Part shown: in pieces, positions 8,835 through 18,276 of the stretch
Position numbering within the stretch: the stretch's first letter is position 1
How the letters are laid out: every line of letters starts with the position of its first letter
Source: an uncultured virus (IMG/VR IMGVR_UViG_3300033148_004307)
Lineage: Duplodnaviria > Heunggongvirae > Uroviricota > Caudoviricetes
Length of the DNA: 20,000 nt
Strand: one strand, 5' to 3'
Virus record (IMG/VR): IMGVR_UViG_3300033148_004307
Position numbers and translations under genes: made by a program
Notes under the pieces: generated by a model
Databases searched by the model: none
The model's input: only the letters and a program-made list of their open reading frames with translations
What the model was told of the DNA's origin: nothing

Positions 8835-9164
8835 ATGCCCCAAGATAACGATATAATAATAATTCAGATGGATGAACCCGATACAATAATCGAAAGACCT
8901 AGAAGAAAACCTAGAAGTAAGCCAAAACCAAAATTAAAAACAGGATTAATATCTGGTATCAGAATGGATATTGAAGAATTAAATGAATTAAAAGGGGCAA
9001 ATTTAAGGAAAGATACCAGAACAGATATATTTCTAGGAGAAAGCATAGATAAAAGTCAGAAAAAAGAAATCTATAAATATCGAAAGGTTTACGTTAGAGG
9101 GCATACAAAAAAAGGAAAAGATGGTAAAATACTTGTTATAAAACCTTACATGAGAGATAAATAA
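8835..9164 (+). CDS. Basic 109-aa protein carrying a family-B-like tag motif at its C-terminus
   Basis: KVYVRGHTKKGKDGKILVIKPYMR aligns without gaps to KTSVREHERKTKSGKKTTVRKHDR; GGTGG RBS. Confidence 0.75.
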   Translation: MPQDNDIIIIQMDEPDTIIERPRRKPRSKPKPKLKTGLISGIRMDIEELNELKGANLRKDTRTDIFLGESIDKSQKKEIYKYRKVYVRGHTKKGKDGKILVIKPYMRDK

Positions 9165-9199
9165 TTAGGCACTACATTTAATAAATCGGAGTTGAAAAT

Positions 9200-10180
9200 A
9201 TGGCAAAAAAGAAAGTAGAACCAAAGACATTAGGAGAGGCATATAAAGGAACGATACTAACCTTTATTGTAACAATATTCATAATATCGGTTGGATTTTT
9301 TCTACCAATGATTACTGCAAAAGAAATTCAAGATGCTATGGAAGGAAAAGGAAGATATGAACCGACAGATACTTTAATTTGGGATTTGAATAGTGAATCA
9401 GATTTATATGATGTAGAATACACATCAGGACAAGATGAGAGGGGAGTCAATCACAGAAGTTCTACAAGTTGTAATGTAGATAGTCGAAATGTACCTCATT
9501 CAGTATGGTGGAAATATAAGGCATATTCTACTGCTTATACAAATAGGTGGGATGGAATGACAGGTAGGGTGGAATTTTCAGAATTGGAGATTGAGGGTAC
9601 TGTGGATAATAGTTTGACATTTCCATTTACACTTGATGGGGGAGATACACCTCGTAATTTGGGCGATAACATACTTCATAATAATGAAGGGGTCAGGTTG
9701 CACTTTAAAGTAGATTCAGATACATTCATAAAAAATGACGCTACAAAAATAATATTGTTCAGCGATTTTGACACATCAGGAATAGAATCTTCTATTGCCC
9801 CACGACATAGAATAGAATTTAGAACAGAAAATGGATATTATATAATTCAAGATTGGACATATAAAGACGTAGGAGATTCTATCGTAATTGATTTAGATAT
9901 GTCAGATTTAATCGGAATAGCATCAATCTCTGGTAATGAAGAATATCTGTTTGTTTGGGAAAGATTACATGATAACAATGATGATGATTTTACTTATTCT
10001 ACCCCTTATATTTTTGATTTACAAATACATGGGTTACAGGGAAAGCCAAATGCAATAACTCTATTGTCAGTATGGTATATGATACAAGCAGTATTAATTT
10101 TCATGTTAGGATTTGTAATGCTACCTCAAATATCATTAGGTAGATTATCTGGAATGTTAAGATTAAATAAAGAATGGTAG
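9200..10180 (+). CDS. Family A two-TM variable surface protein, 326 aa
   Basis: LGEAYKGT...FFLPMITA N-terminus; FDLQIHGL...WYMIQAV...MLPQISLG C-terminus. Confidence 0.85.
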   Translation: MAKKKVEPKTLGEAYKGTILTFIVTIFIISVGFFLPMITAKEIQDAMEGKGRYEPTDTLIWDLNSESDLYDVEYTSGQDERGVNHRSSTSCNVDSRNVPHSVWWKYKAYSTAYTNRWDGMTGRVEFSELEIEGTVDNSLTFPFTLDGGDTPRNLGDNILHNNEGVRLHFKVDSDTFIKNDATKIILFSDFDTSGIESSIAPRHRIEFRTENGYYIIQDWTYKDVGDSIVIDLDMSDLIGIASISGNEEYLFVWERLHDNNDDDFTYSTPYIFDLQIHGLQGKPNAITLLSVWYMIQAVLIFMLGFVMLPQISLGRLSGMLRLNKEW

Positions 10181-10203
10181 ACTAGGCACTACAGGATGAT
10201 TGT

Positions 10204-11391
10204 ATGGCAAAAAGAATTGTAAAGGAATCATTACAAAAACCTCTTGGAGAGGCATATAGAGGCACTTTGAGTACATTCATAGTAACATTGATGATTTTAT
10301 TTGTTGGATTCTTCCTACCAATGATTACTGCCAAAAGGCTAGAGGATGCTAGAAGGGGGGAATCATTATTGGTCTTAGATACCACCCCTACAGAAATGAT
10401 TATATGGGATTTAAATTCAATAAATGAAATAAAACCCATAACAATAAGACATTCTAGTTATTCGCATTGGGTAGCTGGATATTATAAATGGGGGTCTAAT
10501 CTAGGAACATTCGTAAGTCCATTCGACCAATCAAGTGGAAGCTGGATAGAAGTAGGGGGTACTTATCAGTATATGGGTGTAAAAACATCAGATAGTTATG
10601 TTTCATCTTATAGAAATGTGAGGAAAACCCCGACTTATGTATTTACAGATGCCGACTTTCCAGAAAAAGACAAAACAGTAGATAATTATGCTACAATGAC
10701 TCTAACAAATGATGTGAAAATGCAGGGTACTACAATGAGGCACGTTGTAGGTAGCTCTTATTGGAACTCTAAACATTGGTGGTCAGAATCAGATGAAAGA
10801 TTTAGAGCAGAACAATTACACATTTATTGTGATTTTGATTTAGATACATGGATAGATAATGAAGCTACAGAAATAAACTTCTTTTGGAAAACTTATTCAC
10901 ATACAAATTCATGGGCAGTTTTGCCTTATGTTTATACTAATGGATACTTGAGAGATAGAATTACAGGAAATACAAAAGCCATATTTGTTGGACAATATCA
11001 GCAAGTTACAGGAAATCCAATCATTGTAGAAAGAACAGAATTAATAACAGTAACAGATTTGATAGATATTAATAATTGGGTTAGTGCAAATAACAAAGAT
11101 GAAATAGTATTGCATTTTAGTATGTATGGGTGTACTTCCTCTCCATCCACTAATCAAAGGAGAGGTTGTTTTCTACCTAATTCAGTAATGATATTTGATT
11201 GTTATGTGTCAGGACTCGTAGATGTAGAGGAAGAAAAACCTACAAAATGGCTATCATCAGTTGATAAATTTTCAATATATATGATATTAGAATCAATATT
11301 TATAATTGCAGTAGGATTCGTTATGCTACCACAATTATCAATAGGAAGATTAGCAGAAATGTTAAGATTAGTAGAAAAGAAAAAGAACTAG
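10204..11391 (+). CDS. Family A two-TM variable surface protein (long subtype), 395 aa
   Basis: Same conserved termini; aromatic-rich unique middle; the stop codon is the TAG of the motif. Confidence 0.85.
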   Translation: MAKRIVKESLQKPLGEAYRGTLSTFIVTLMILFVGFFLPMITAKRLEDARRGESLLVLDTTPTEMIIWDLNSINEIKPITIRHSSYSHWVAGYYKWGSNLGTFVSPFDQSSGSWIEVGGTYQYMGVKTSDSYVSSYRNVRKTPTYVFTDADFPEKDKTVDNYATMTLTNDVKMQGTTMRHVVGSSYWNSKHWWSESDERFRAEQLHIYCDFDLDTWIDNEATEINFFWKTYSHTNSWAVLPYVYTNGYLRDRITGNTKAIFVGQYQQVTGNPIIVERTELITVTDLIDINNWVSANNKDEIVLHFSMYGCTSSPSTNQRRGCFLPNSVMIFDCYVSGLVDVEEEKPTKWLSSVDKFSIYMILESIFIIAVGFVMLPQLSIGRLAEMLRLVEKKKN

Positions 11392-11410
11392 GCACTACAG
11401 GAGAGATTAT

Positions 11411-12595
11411 ATGGTAACAAAAACAAAAATAGCAAAAGAAGTAGTACAAAAACCATTAGGAGAGGCATACAAAGGAACATTAAGTACATTCATTGTTACA
11501 CTTATGATTTTATTCGTAGGATTCTTCTTACCAATGATTACTTCCGATAGACTTGAAAATGCTAGAAGGGGAGAAAATACATGGGTAGCAGATATTACAA
11601 AAGAGGAATATCTTATTTGGAGTATAGAATCAGATGCAGATTTCAACTCAGTAGAAATAAGAGCAAGAAGTGATGATGGATATTATAATGGAAAACATCA
11701 ATGGGGAAAAGCATCTCATATTACAAGTTCTCAGGGAATAGAACATTTGATGGCATCAACGTGGAAAAACCCAAATCAAGATACGGATTTCAATAATTAT
11801 TGGCTACAAAGAACAAGATTACCAAATAGCCAACATAGGTATAAAATGGTTTATAATGAAATAAATTATGCTTATACTGATATTTCATTCGGTGGTTCTG
11901 ATAAAGTAGAAGGAAATTATATGGTGGGAAATCTTATTGATGATGTTCCATTGGGTAGTGTCTATCATCCATCTAGCCAACCATGTTTACATTGGTCTTA
12001 TAATTCTCTGCGTGACCCACATAATGGACACCGACATTCAGAACAATTGAATTATTGGACTAGATTTGATTTAGATGAATGGGTAGATAACGAAGCCACA
12101 ACATTAAAAACATATATAGAATTTGAGGCAGATTATGATTATTGTAGATTCATAGCAGAGGTATATTCTCAGAATACAGGGAGTAAACGTAGAATAGACT
12201 CTCAAGTAATAAATGTAAATCCATCATCCACAATCAAAATATCTACAGTATCAGATATTACATTAGAGGATTTTATAGCAATTCAAACTTTAGTAGGTGG
12301 TGGAGATTTATGTATAAGATTAAGATATTATGGAGTGGATTCAAGTGGGTCAGAGGATTATACTAAGGGGATGCCAAAAACCGACCCTCAAGTAATTTTC
12401 GATGCTTCAGTATATGGATTATTGAGTATTGAGGAAGAAAGACCTGTCCAATGGGTTTCATCAATGACTAAATATTCAATTTATATGATATTAGAATCAA
12501 TATTGATATTTGCAGTAGGATTCGTTATGCTACCACAATTATCAATAGGAAGATTAGCAGAAATGTTACATTTAGTAGAAAAGAAAAAGATATAG
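11411..12595 (+). CDS. Family A two-TM variable surface protein (long subtype), 394 aa
   Basis: Termini nearly identical to the 10204 ORF, middle divergent; the stop codon is the TAG of the motif. Confidence 0.85.
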   Translation: MVTKTKIAKEVVQKPLGEAYKGTLSTFIVTLMILFVGFFLPMITSDRLENARRGENTWVADITKEEYLIWSIESDADFNSVEIRARSDDGYYNGKHQWGKASHITSSQGIEHLMASTWKNPNQDTDFNNYWLQRTRLPNSQHRYKMVYNEINYAYTDISFGGSDKVEGNYMVGNLIDDVPLGSVYHPSSQPCLHWSYNSLRDPHNGHRHSEQLNYWTRFDLDEWVDNEATTLKTYIEFEADYDYCRFIAEVYSQNTGSKRRIDSQVINVNPSSTIKISTVSDITLEDFIAIQTLVGGGDLCIRLRYYGVDSSGSEDYTKGMPKTDPQVIFDASVYGLLSIEEERPVQWVSSMTKYSIYMILESILIFAVGFVMLPQLSIGRLAEMLHLVEKKKI

Positions 12596-12619
12596 GCACT
12601 ACATTTAGGAGATTAAAAT

Positions 12620-12808
12620 ATGGCAAAGAAAAAACAGGAAAAAGAAAGCGAATTTACATTATTGTTTGTATTCGTTTTTGTATTCAATGTGTTGATGTTG
12701 GTATTGACCACGATGGATTATATAAATGTTGCTACTGCAATCGGATTAATAATGTTCTGGACATTCATACTCGGATTCAACCAATTATTCAAAGTAGTGA
12801 ATAAATAG
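12620..12808 (+). CDS. Small 2-TM membrane protein, 62 aa
   Basis: AGGAG RBS; flanked by motif copies; MAKKKQ start shared with the 769 ORF. Confidence 0.75.
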   Translation: MAKKKQEKESEFTLLFVFVFVFNVLMLVLTTMDYINVATAIGLIMFWTFILGFNQLFKVVNK

Positions 12809-12848
12809 TTAGGCACAACAATATTAAAATTATTTAGGAGAAATTACA

Positions 12849-13853
12849 ATGGCAAAAAAAGTACAACCAAAGACAATAGGAGAGGCGTATAAAGGAACTA
12901 TCAGTACCTTTATAATTACAATGTTCATCATCTTTTTTGGATTCTTTCTACCAATGATTACTGCAAATGAATTACAAAATGCAAGAGAGGGCAAAGGAAG
13001 ATTTACACCAGAGGAATTACTTGTATGGGATTTCAATAGCAAATCGGATTTACAGGAAGTTCAATATACAACTACAAGAGATGTAGAGGGAAGATTACAT
13101 TATAGGGCTTATGATGAAGATATACCAACAACACCAGAATCAGTATTTTGGGCATATCATAGCAAAACATCTTCAAGCAATCAGATAAGTGGAGTATGGA
13201 ATGGGGTTTCAGAGGATATTCGTATAATTGGTTTAGATGTTGAAAATGTAGTGGATGAATATGGAGTATATACTTTCATACCAGATGCTTACAAAAGTCT
13301 ATGGACATATCCACATGAAAAGGCATCAGCATCACAATATAGAGAGGAAGAATTTAGAATATATTTTGATATATCATCAGATTTATTGATTAAGAATGAT
13401 GTAACAAGAATAGATTTCTTTGTAGATTATGATGAATCCAATATCCAAAATCCTAATACAGATGAACCAAAATTTAGAATAGAATATGGAACATCCATAG
13501 GGGAAGAATCAATTACAGGATTTAAATTATTGAAAATGGGAGAAATAAATTCGGTTGAGGTTACTTTAGAAGATTTGATTGAAATAAGTTCAATGAAATC
13601 ATCAACTCTGGAGTATCTAGCAGTAACAGTAAAATTAGATAGCAGTAGATATGATGAATTTACTGATTTCACTCAAATAATGTTTGATTTACAGATTTAT
13701 GGGCTAAAAGGTAGCCCCAATGCAGTAGCAATCCTATCAGCTTGGTATATGGTTCAAGCTGTTTTAATCATGTTGTTAGGGGTGTTTATGCTACCTAGCA
13801 TATCATTTGGTGGATTTTTTGAAAAAGTATCAAAATTAACTCGTAGTGTGTAG
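12849..13853 (+). CDS. Family A two-TM variable surface protein, 334 aa
   Basis: Conserved termini plus GKGRFTP, SVFWAY, DVTRID and EDLI motifs shared with the 769 and 9200 ORFs. Confidence 0.85.
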   Translation: MAKKVQPKTIGEAYKGTISTFIITMFIIFFGFFLPMITANELQNAREGKGRFTPEELLVWDFNSKSDLQEVQYTTTRDVEGRLHYRAYDEDIPTTPESVFWAYHSKTSSSNQISGVWNGVSEDIRIIGLDVENVVDEYGVYTFIPDAYKSLWTYPHEKASASQYREEEFRIYFDISSDLLIKNDVTRIDFFVDYDESNIQNPNTDEPKFRIEYGTSIGEESITGFKLLKMGEINSVEVTLEDLIEISSMKSSTLEYLAVTVKLDSSRYDEFTDFTQIMFDLQIYGLKGSPNAVAILSAWYMVQAVLIMLLGVFMLPSISFGGFFEKVSKLTRSV

Positions 13854-13903
13854 GCACTACAATTATTAATTATTATTTATGTAAGTAAAGGAGAGGATTA
13901 GAT

Positions 13904-14581
13904 ATGCCAAGAGCAGAATCATTTGAAGGAAAAAAGAAAACATCAGTAAGGGAACATGAGAGGAAAACCAAATCAGGAAAAAAAACTACAGTAAGAAAGC
14001 ACGATAGGAAAGTAGATGGTGGTTTAGATAAATACAAATCATTCAGGATACTAAATGGGAAAAAAACAGAATTAGATGTTTTTAGTCCATTAGAAAGAGA
14101 ATCAGAAGAAAAATTCCAAGCAGAAATGATACAAGCAGAAAAAGATTTTTATGAAGGGGAATTATCTCAATCAGAATTTGAGGAAGGATTAAAAGTATTG
14201 GGTTATCAAGAGGGGGATTACGATGATGCAAACTTTGATGAAAGGATGCTTATGGAAATGCAATTAAGAAAACTCATTGGAAAAGGACAAAGCCCAGATT
14301 TTGAAAAATATAAACAAGATGTAATGGTAGCAAATATAATGATGGATAGTTGGTATCAAAATAAGTATGAAGATAGGACACCAGAACAATTATTAATGCT
14401 AGTAGATTTAGCACATGAAACTAAAGAGAGTTTAGGAGATACAGGACTTGATAATTTTTCATATTCAGTACCTATGAATGAACATTTAGATAGTGTTAAA
14501 GAAGGATTGGCAGAGTTAAGAAACAGAAAAATCATGTCAAAACTAAAAAAACCAGATTATGATGATGATGATTATCTGTAA
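13904..14581 (+). CDS. Family B protein (basic N-terminal tag + acidic, probably helical cargo), 225 aa
   Basis: MPRAESFEGKKKTSVREHERKTKSGKKTTVRKHDR; GGAGAGG leader. Confidence 0.85.
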   Translation: MPRAESFEGKKKTSVREHERKTKSGKKTTVRKHDRKVDGGLDKYKSFRILNGKKTELDVFSPLERESEEKFQAEMIQAEKDFYEGELSQSEFEEGLKVLGYQEGDYDDANFDERMLMEMQLRKLIGKGQSPDFEKYKQDVMVANIMMDSWYQNKYEDRTPEQLLMLVDLAHETKESLGDTGLDNFSYSVPMNEHLDSVKEGLAELRNRKIMSKLKKPDYDDDDYL

Positions 14582-14641
14582 TAAATCACAATTATCATAA
14601 TAGTAGGCACTACATATTGAAAGTAATGGAGAGGATTAAAA

Positions 14642-15202
14642 ATGCCAAAAATGGAATCATTTGATGGAAAAAGACAAACAACAGTAAAAGAACATTTAAG
14701 AGAAATAAAATCAGGAAAGACAATCGTAGTTAGACAACATCACAGAAATTTAAAAGGAGAAACAAGATACGTTTTAGGTCAAGATAATAAATTCCATTTA
14801 ACTGATAGAAATGATAGAGATTGGCATGATGGAATACCACAAAAGCTATTGGATGATAGTATAACCCAAATTACTGATATTATGGATGCGAAAGTAAGAA
14901 GGGATATTAATAACGAATTTACAGAAAAATTCAATAATAAATATTTTGAAAATATCCCTACAGATGAATTATTCAATATTATAAAATCCAATGGTTTCGT
15001 GCCTTTAATGGAAGATAATACAGAATGGGAAGGGTGGCTATTGGGGAGTAAAGGTAGAGTAGAGATAATGTTAGGAAATAAGGATAGTTCACTAGAAAAA
15101 GATGAATCGACATTCTATAATGAAGTTGAAAATGCCATGTTTGTATTATCATGGTATAAAATGCCATCTGGTAATTATGAAGTAGTACCTTATATTAGCT
15201 AG
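14642..15202 (+). CDS. Family B protein, 186 aa
   Basis: Divergent tag MPKMESFDGKRQTTVKEHLREIKSGKTIVVRQHHR; unrelated C-terminal domain ending LSWYKMPSGNYEVVPYIS. Confidence 0.85.
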   Translation: MPKMESFDGKRQTTVKEHLREIKSGKTIVVRQHHRNLKGETRYVLGQDNKFHLTDRNDRDWHDGIPQKLLDDSITQITDIMDAKVRRDINNEFTEKFNNKYFENIPTDELFNIIKSNGFVPLMEDNTEWEGWLLGSKGRVEIMLGNKDSSLEKDESTFYNEVENAMFVLSWYKMPSGNYEVVPYIS

Positions 15203-15243
15203 GCACTACATTTATTAATTGAAAGTAATGGAGAGGATTAGAT

Positions 15244-16299
15244 ATGCCAATAATGGAATCATTTGATGGAAAAAGAAAAACATTAGTAAGAGAACATGAG
15301 AGGAAAACCAAATCAGGTAAGAAAACCACAGTAAGACAACATGATAGGACTTTGAGAAATAAGATTATTAACGATATTCAAAGAGGAATCTATAAAGCAG
15401 AATATGGATTAGAAACTGATTCTGATAGTAAGTATTTCTTTTTAAGAACAGAAAAAGGGTTATCTGATGCAGAGGCACAATATGAAGTATTCAGGAGTAG
15501 AGGACTATTGCCTGATAATGAATTATTGGATTTGGAAGATAAATTGCATAATCTTCACGATAAATTTGATTTTGAGGAAGGATTTTCAGATAAAGATACA
15601 GAGGAAAGAGTACAAAAAGGATTAGATTATGCTAGTGAGTTGTTGGATGCTGGAAAAACTGATGAAGCAAATAAAATTATTGGTAGTTTAGAAACTTATG
15701 AAAAAATTGTGATGCCATTAGATATACAAAATCAAAATAATAAAAGCGAAGTCAAAGATGCAGAAGATTTAGTTAAAGAATGGAATGAGGGCTATTTACC
15801 AGAAACAACAGATGAATTTAGAAGTTTATCTGATAATGTAAGAAAGGAATTAGCTAGTGGATTTCATGGAAATACACCTAGAGTAGAAGAATTAAGAAAT
15901 ATATTATCCTTTTCAGATGAAAAATTATTAGAACTCAAAGGAAAAAGAGATATGATTAAATTTAAATATCCAGAGGGTACTTGGGTCAAATCTGGGAATA
16001 CAATCTCTCCAGAAAGTAAAATTGTATTGGGAAATGATGGTCAAGAACAGATAGTAGAAAAAGGTAACGATACAAGTATGAGAATAAACCACTCAATGTT
16101 AAAGAATGTACTAATATCACGAATAAGAGAGGCAGAAAAAAACAGAGATAAGAATTATGCTGAAATGAGTAGGAATGAATTACAAACTTTGGAAAGAAAA
16201 TACAAAGAAGCAAAAGAGAATACAAAGAAGCCTTACATACATTGGGATGAATATAGATATGACAGAGCAGTAATAGAGGGTCATTTCATACCAGAATAA
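15244..16299 (+). CDS. Family B protein, 351 aa
   Basis: Tag plus multi-module cargo; shares an internal KEWN..ELASG module with the 16353 ORF. Confidence 0.85.
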   Translation: MPIMESFDGKRKTLVREHERKTKSGKKTTVRQHDRTLRNKIINDIQRGIYKAEYGLETDSDSKYFFLRTEKGLSDAEAQYEVFRSRGLLPDNELLDLEDKLHNLHDKFDFEEGFSDKDTEERVQKGLDYASELLDAGKTDEANKIIGSLETYEKIVMPLDIQNQNNKSEVKDAEDLVKEWNEGYLPETTDEFRSLSDNVRKELASGFHGNTPRVEELRNILSFSDEKLLELKGKRDMIKFKYPEGTWVKSGNTISPESKIVLGNDGQEQIVEKGNDTSMRINHSMLKNVLISRIREAEKNRDKNYAEMSRNELQTLERKYKEAKENTKKPYIHWDEYRYDRAVIEGHFIPE

Positions 16300-16352
16300 G
16301 TTTAAATGTAGGCACTACATTAATTATATGAAAGTAAAGGAGAGGATTAGAT

Positions 16353-17549
16353 ATGCCAAAGATGGAATCATTTGATGGAAAGAAAAAAACAACCGTAAGA
16401 GAACATGAGAGAACCACACAATCAGGAAAGAAAACAACAGTAAGAAAGCACGAAAGAAAATTAATCAAAGAATGGAATAAAGGAGAAATCCCAGATAACA
16501 AAACTGATTGGAATACATTATTACAAAATACCAATAATGAATTAGCTAGTGGATATTGGGCAGTACAACCAGAAAGATTGAATGAATTAAGAGAAATCAA
16601 ATATTATGCTCAAGAGGAATTAGAAAAAATAAATACAGAGGAAGAAATGGCAGAATCCTTTTTAAAATCAAGATTCGTAAGTGATGATTCAGATATGAGA
16701 TTTGCAATCAACAATAATCAAGCATACAAAGAATATACTGATTTAGCTAATGAAAGGGGCTTTCAATACGCAAATTGGTTCTATGGATATGATTATGACC
16801 CTGAATTAGTCGGAAAGCCAATGACTCTCGGATTTTCAGATGTAATAAAACAAGCAGTATTAATTCAAGATTGGGTTACAGAGGATGATGAAGGAAATCC
16901 AAAAAACCCCGATTATATTAATTCTCTTACAGATGAACAATTAAAATTATCATTAAAAAAATCATATATCAATGCCCATAATGATGCAATTGATTTAGCA
17001 ATCCCACAAATAAGAAAATTATCCAAAGATTTCACTAAAAAGGATAAAGGAGAAATAAAAAACACATTCCCCCCATTCGTTACTAAACAAATAATAAAAA
17101 TGGTTGATAGGGAAGGATTAACAACCCCTGAAAATTGGGATTATAGGAATTGGGAAAATGAAGATGGAAATGAATTTATCACATTCCATAAAATGAGTGG
17201 AGTAACTTCTAGGACAGGATATGGTATGACTAGCCCTAGCAAATCAATGGAAAATTTAAGAATTGTCGAGAACAAAGAACATGGAACGTGGGATGTAAGT
17301 TATAACAATAAAATAAAGGATGAAAGATTGGTTGGAAGATTCAATAATAAAGTTAAAGCTATGGGCTATGCTCAAGATATTATTGATTTATATTATAAAG
17401 ACACAAAACAAGTTAAAAAAGAATCAGAACAAAAATCAGAAAAATTACCACCACATCTACAAAAAGTAGTAGATGATTATGAGGAAAAAAGATTGAAAAG
17501 TAAATTTAAAGTATCAGATTTCAAAGTGGAAGGTTATACTGTCGAGTAG
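16353..17549 (+). CDS. Family B protein, 398 aa
   Basis: Tag followed directly by the KEWN..ELASG module, then unique sequence. Confidence 0.85.
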   Translation: MPKMESFDGKKKTTVREHERTTQSGKKTTVRKHERKLIKEWNKGEIPDNKTDWNTLLQNTNNELASGYWAVQPERLNELREIKYYAQEELEKINTEEEMAESFLKSRFVSDDSDMRFAINNNQAYKEYTDLANERGFQYANWFYGYDYDPELVGKPMTLGFSDVIKQAVLIQDWVTEDDEGNPKNPDYINSLTDEQLKLSLKKSYINAHNDAIDLAIPQIRKLSKDFTKKDKGEIKNTFPPFVTKQIIKMVDREGLTTPENWDYRNWENEDGNEFITFHKMSGVTSRTGYGMTSPSKSMENLRIVENKEHGTWDVSYNNKIKDERLVGRFNNKVKAMGYAQDIIDLYYKDTKQVKKESEQKSEKLPPHLQKVVDDYEEKRLKSKFKVSDFKVEGYTVE

Positions 17550-17599
17550 AATAATTAGGCACTACATTAATTATATGAAAGTAAAGGAGAGGATTAGAT

Positions 17600-18229
17600 A
17601 TGCCAAGAGCAGAATCATCCGATGGAAAGCGAAAAACATCAGTAAGGGAACATCAGAGGAAATCAACATCTGGAAAGAAAACAACTGTTAGAAAACATAA
17701 TAGAAATGTAAGAATTAAAAATGTAAATTATGTATCATGTAGTATTAAAGATGATGAACTTGAATGTAATTTTCAAGATAATAAAGGGAATGTAACTAAG
17801 ATTGATAAAGTAAGTAGATTAATGATTGAACAACCCAAAAAAACATCAATAATAAATATGGATGAACAAACAATAGTTAATTCGGATTTAGAATTAAAGT
17901 CAGATGCAGTAGTAAGGGAAGATTCAGGAAGTGATGAAGTATCTATCTATCTTTATAAAGAAAAAGCGAAAGCAGAATGGGATATTAATAGACCAACTCC
18001 CGAAGATATGCGTACAATGGGTACAATGGGAATGAATGAAGAATTAGGTAGAATAAGTAGACAAACATGGGATTACAAATTTAAGGATGAAGATAAAAGA
18101 AATTATTTAATGAATGTAACTAGAGAAATACAAAAATTAATTGATGATGGGTTTGTTAAAACATCAAGAGAAGAATTAAGAGCATTACATACTTGGTTAG
18201 ATAATAATGTAATTAGAAGCTATATTTAA
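17600..18229 (+). CDS. Family B protein, 209 aa
   Basis: Tag plus unique C-terminal region; GGAGAGG leader. Confidence 0.85.
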   Translation: MPRAESSDGKRKTSVREHQRKSTSGKKTTVRKHNRNVRIKNVNYVSCSIKDDELECNFQDNKGNVTKIDKVSRLMIEQPKKTSIINMDEQTIVNSDLELKSDAVVREDSGSDEVSIYLYKEKAKAEWDINRPTPEDMRTMGTMGMNEELGRISRQTWDYKFKDEDKRNYLMNVTREIQKLIDDGFVKTSREELRALHTWLDNNVIRSYI

Positions 18230-18276
18230 TAATTAGGCACTACATTATTTATTGAAAGTAAAGGAGAGGATTAGAT

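Noticed and set aside
11389..11399. TAG readthrough or recoding signal
   Set aside because: Most motif copies lie after a separate stop codon or out of frame with the upstream gene, so recoding cannot explain them generally.
9200..13853. Diversity-generating retroelement behind family A variation
   Set aside because: No reverse transcriptase and no TR/VR pair differing only at adenines; variation covers whole domains with indels.
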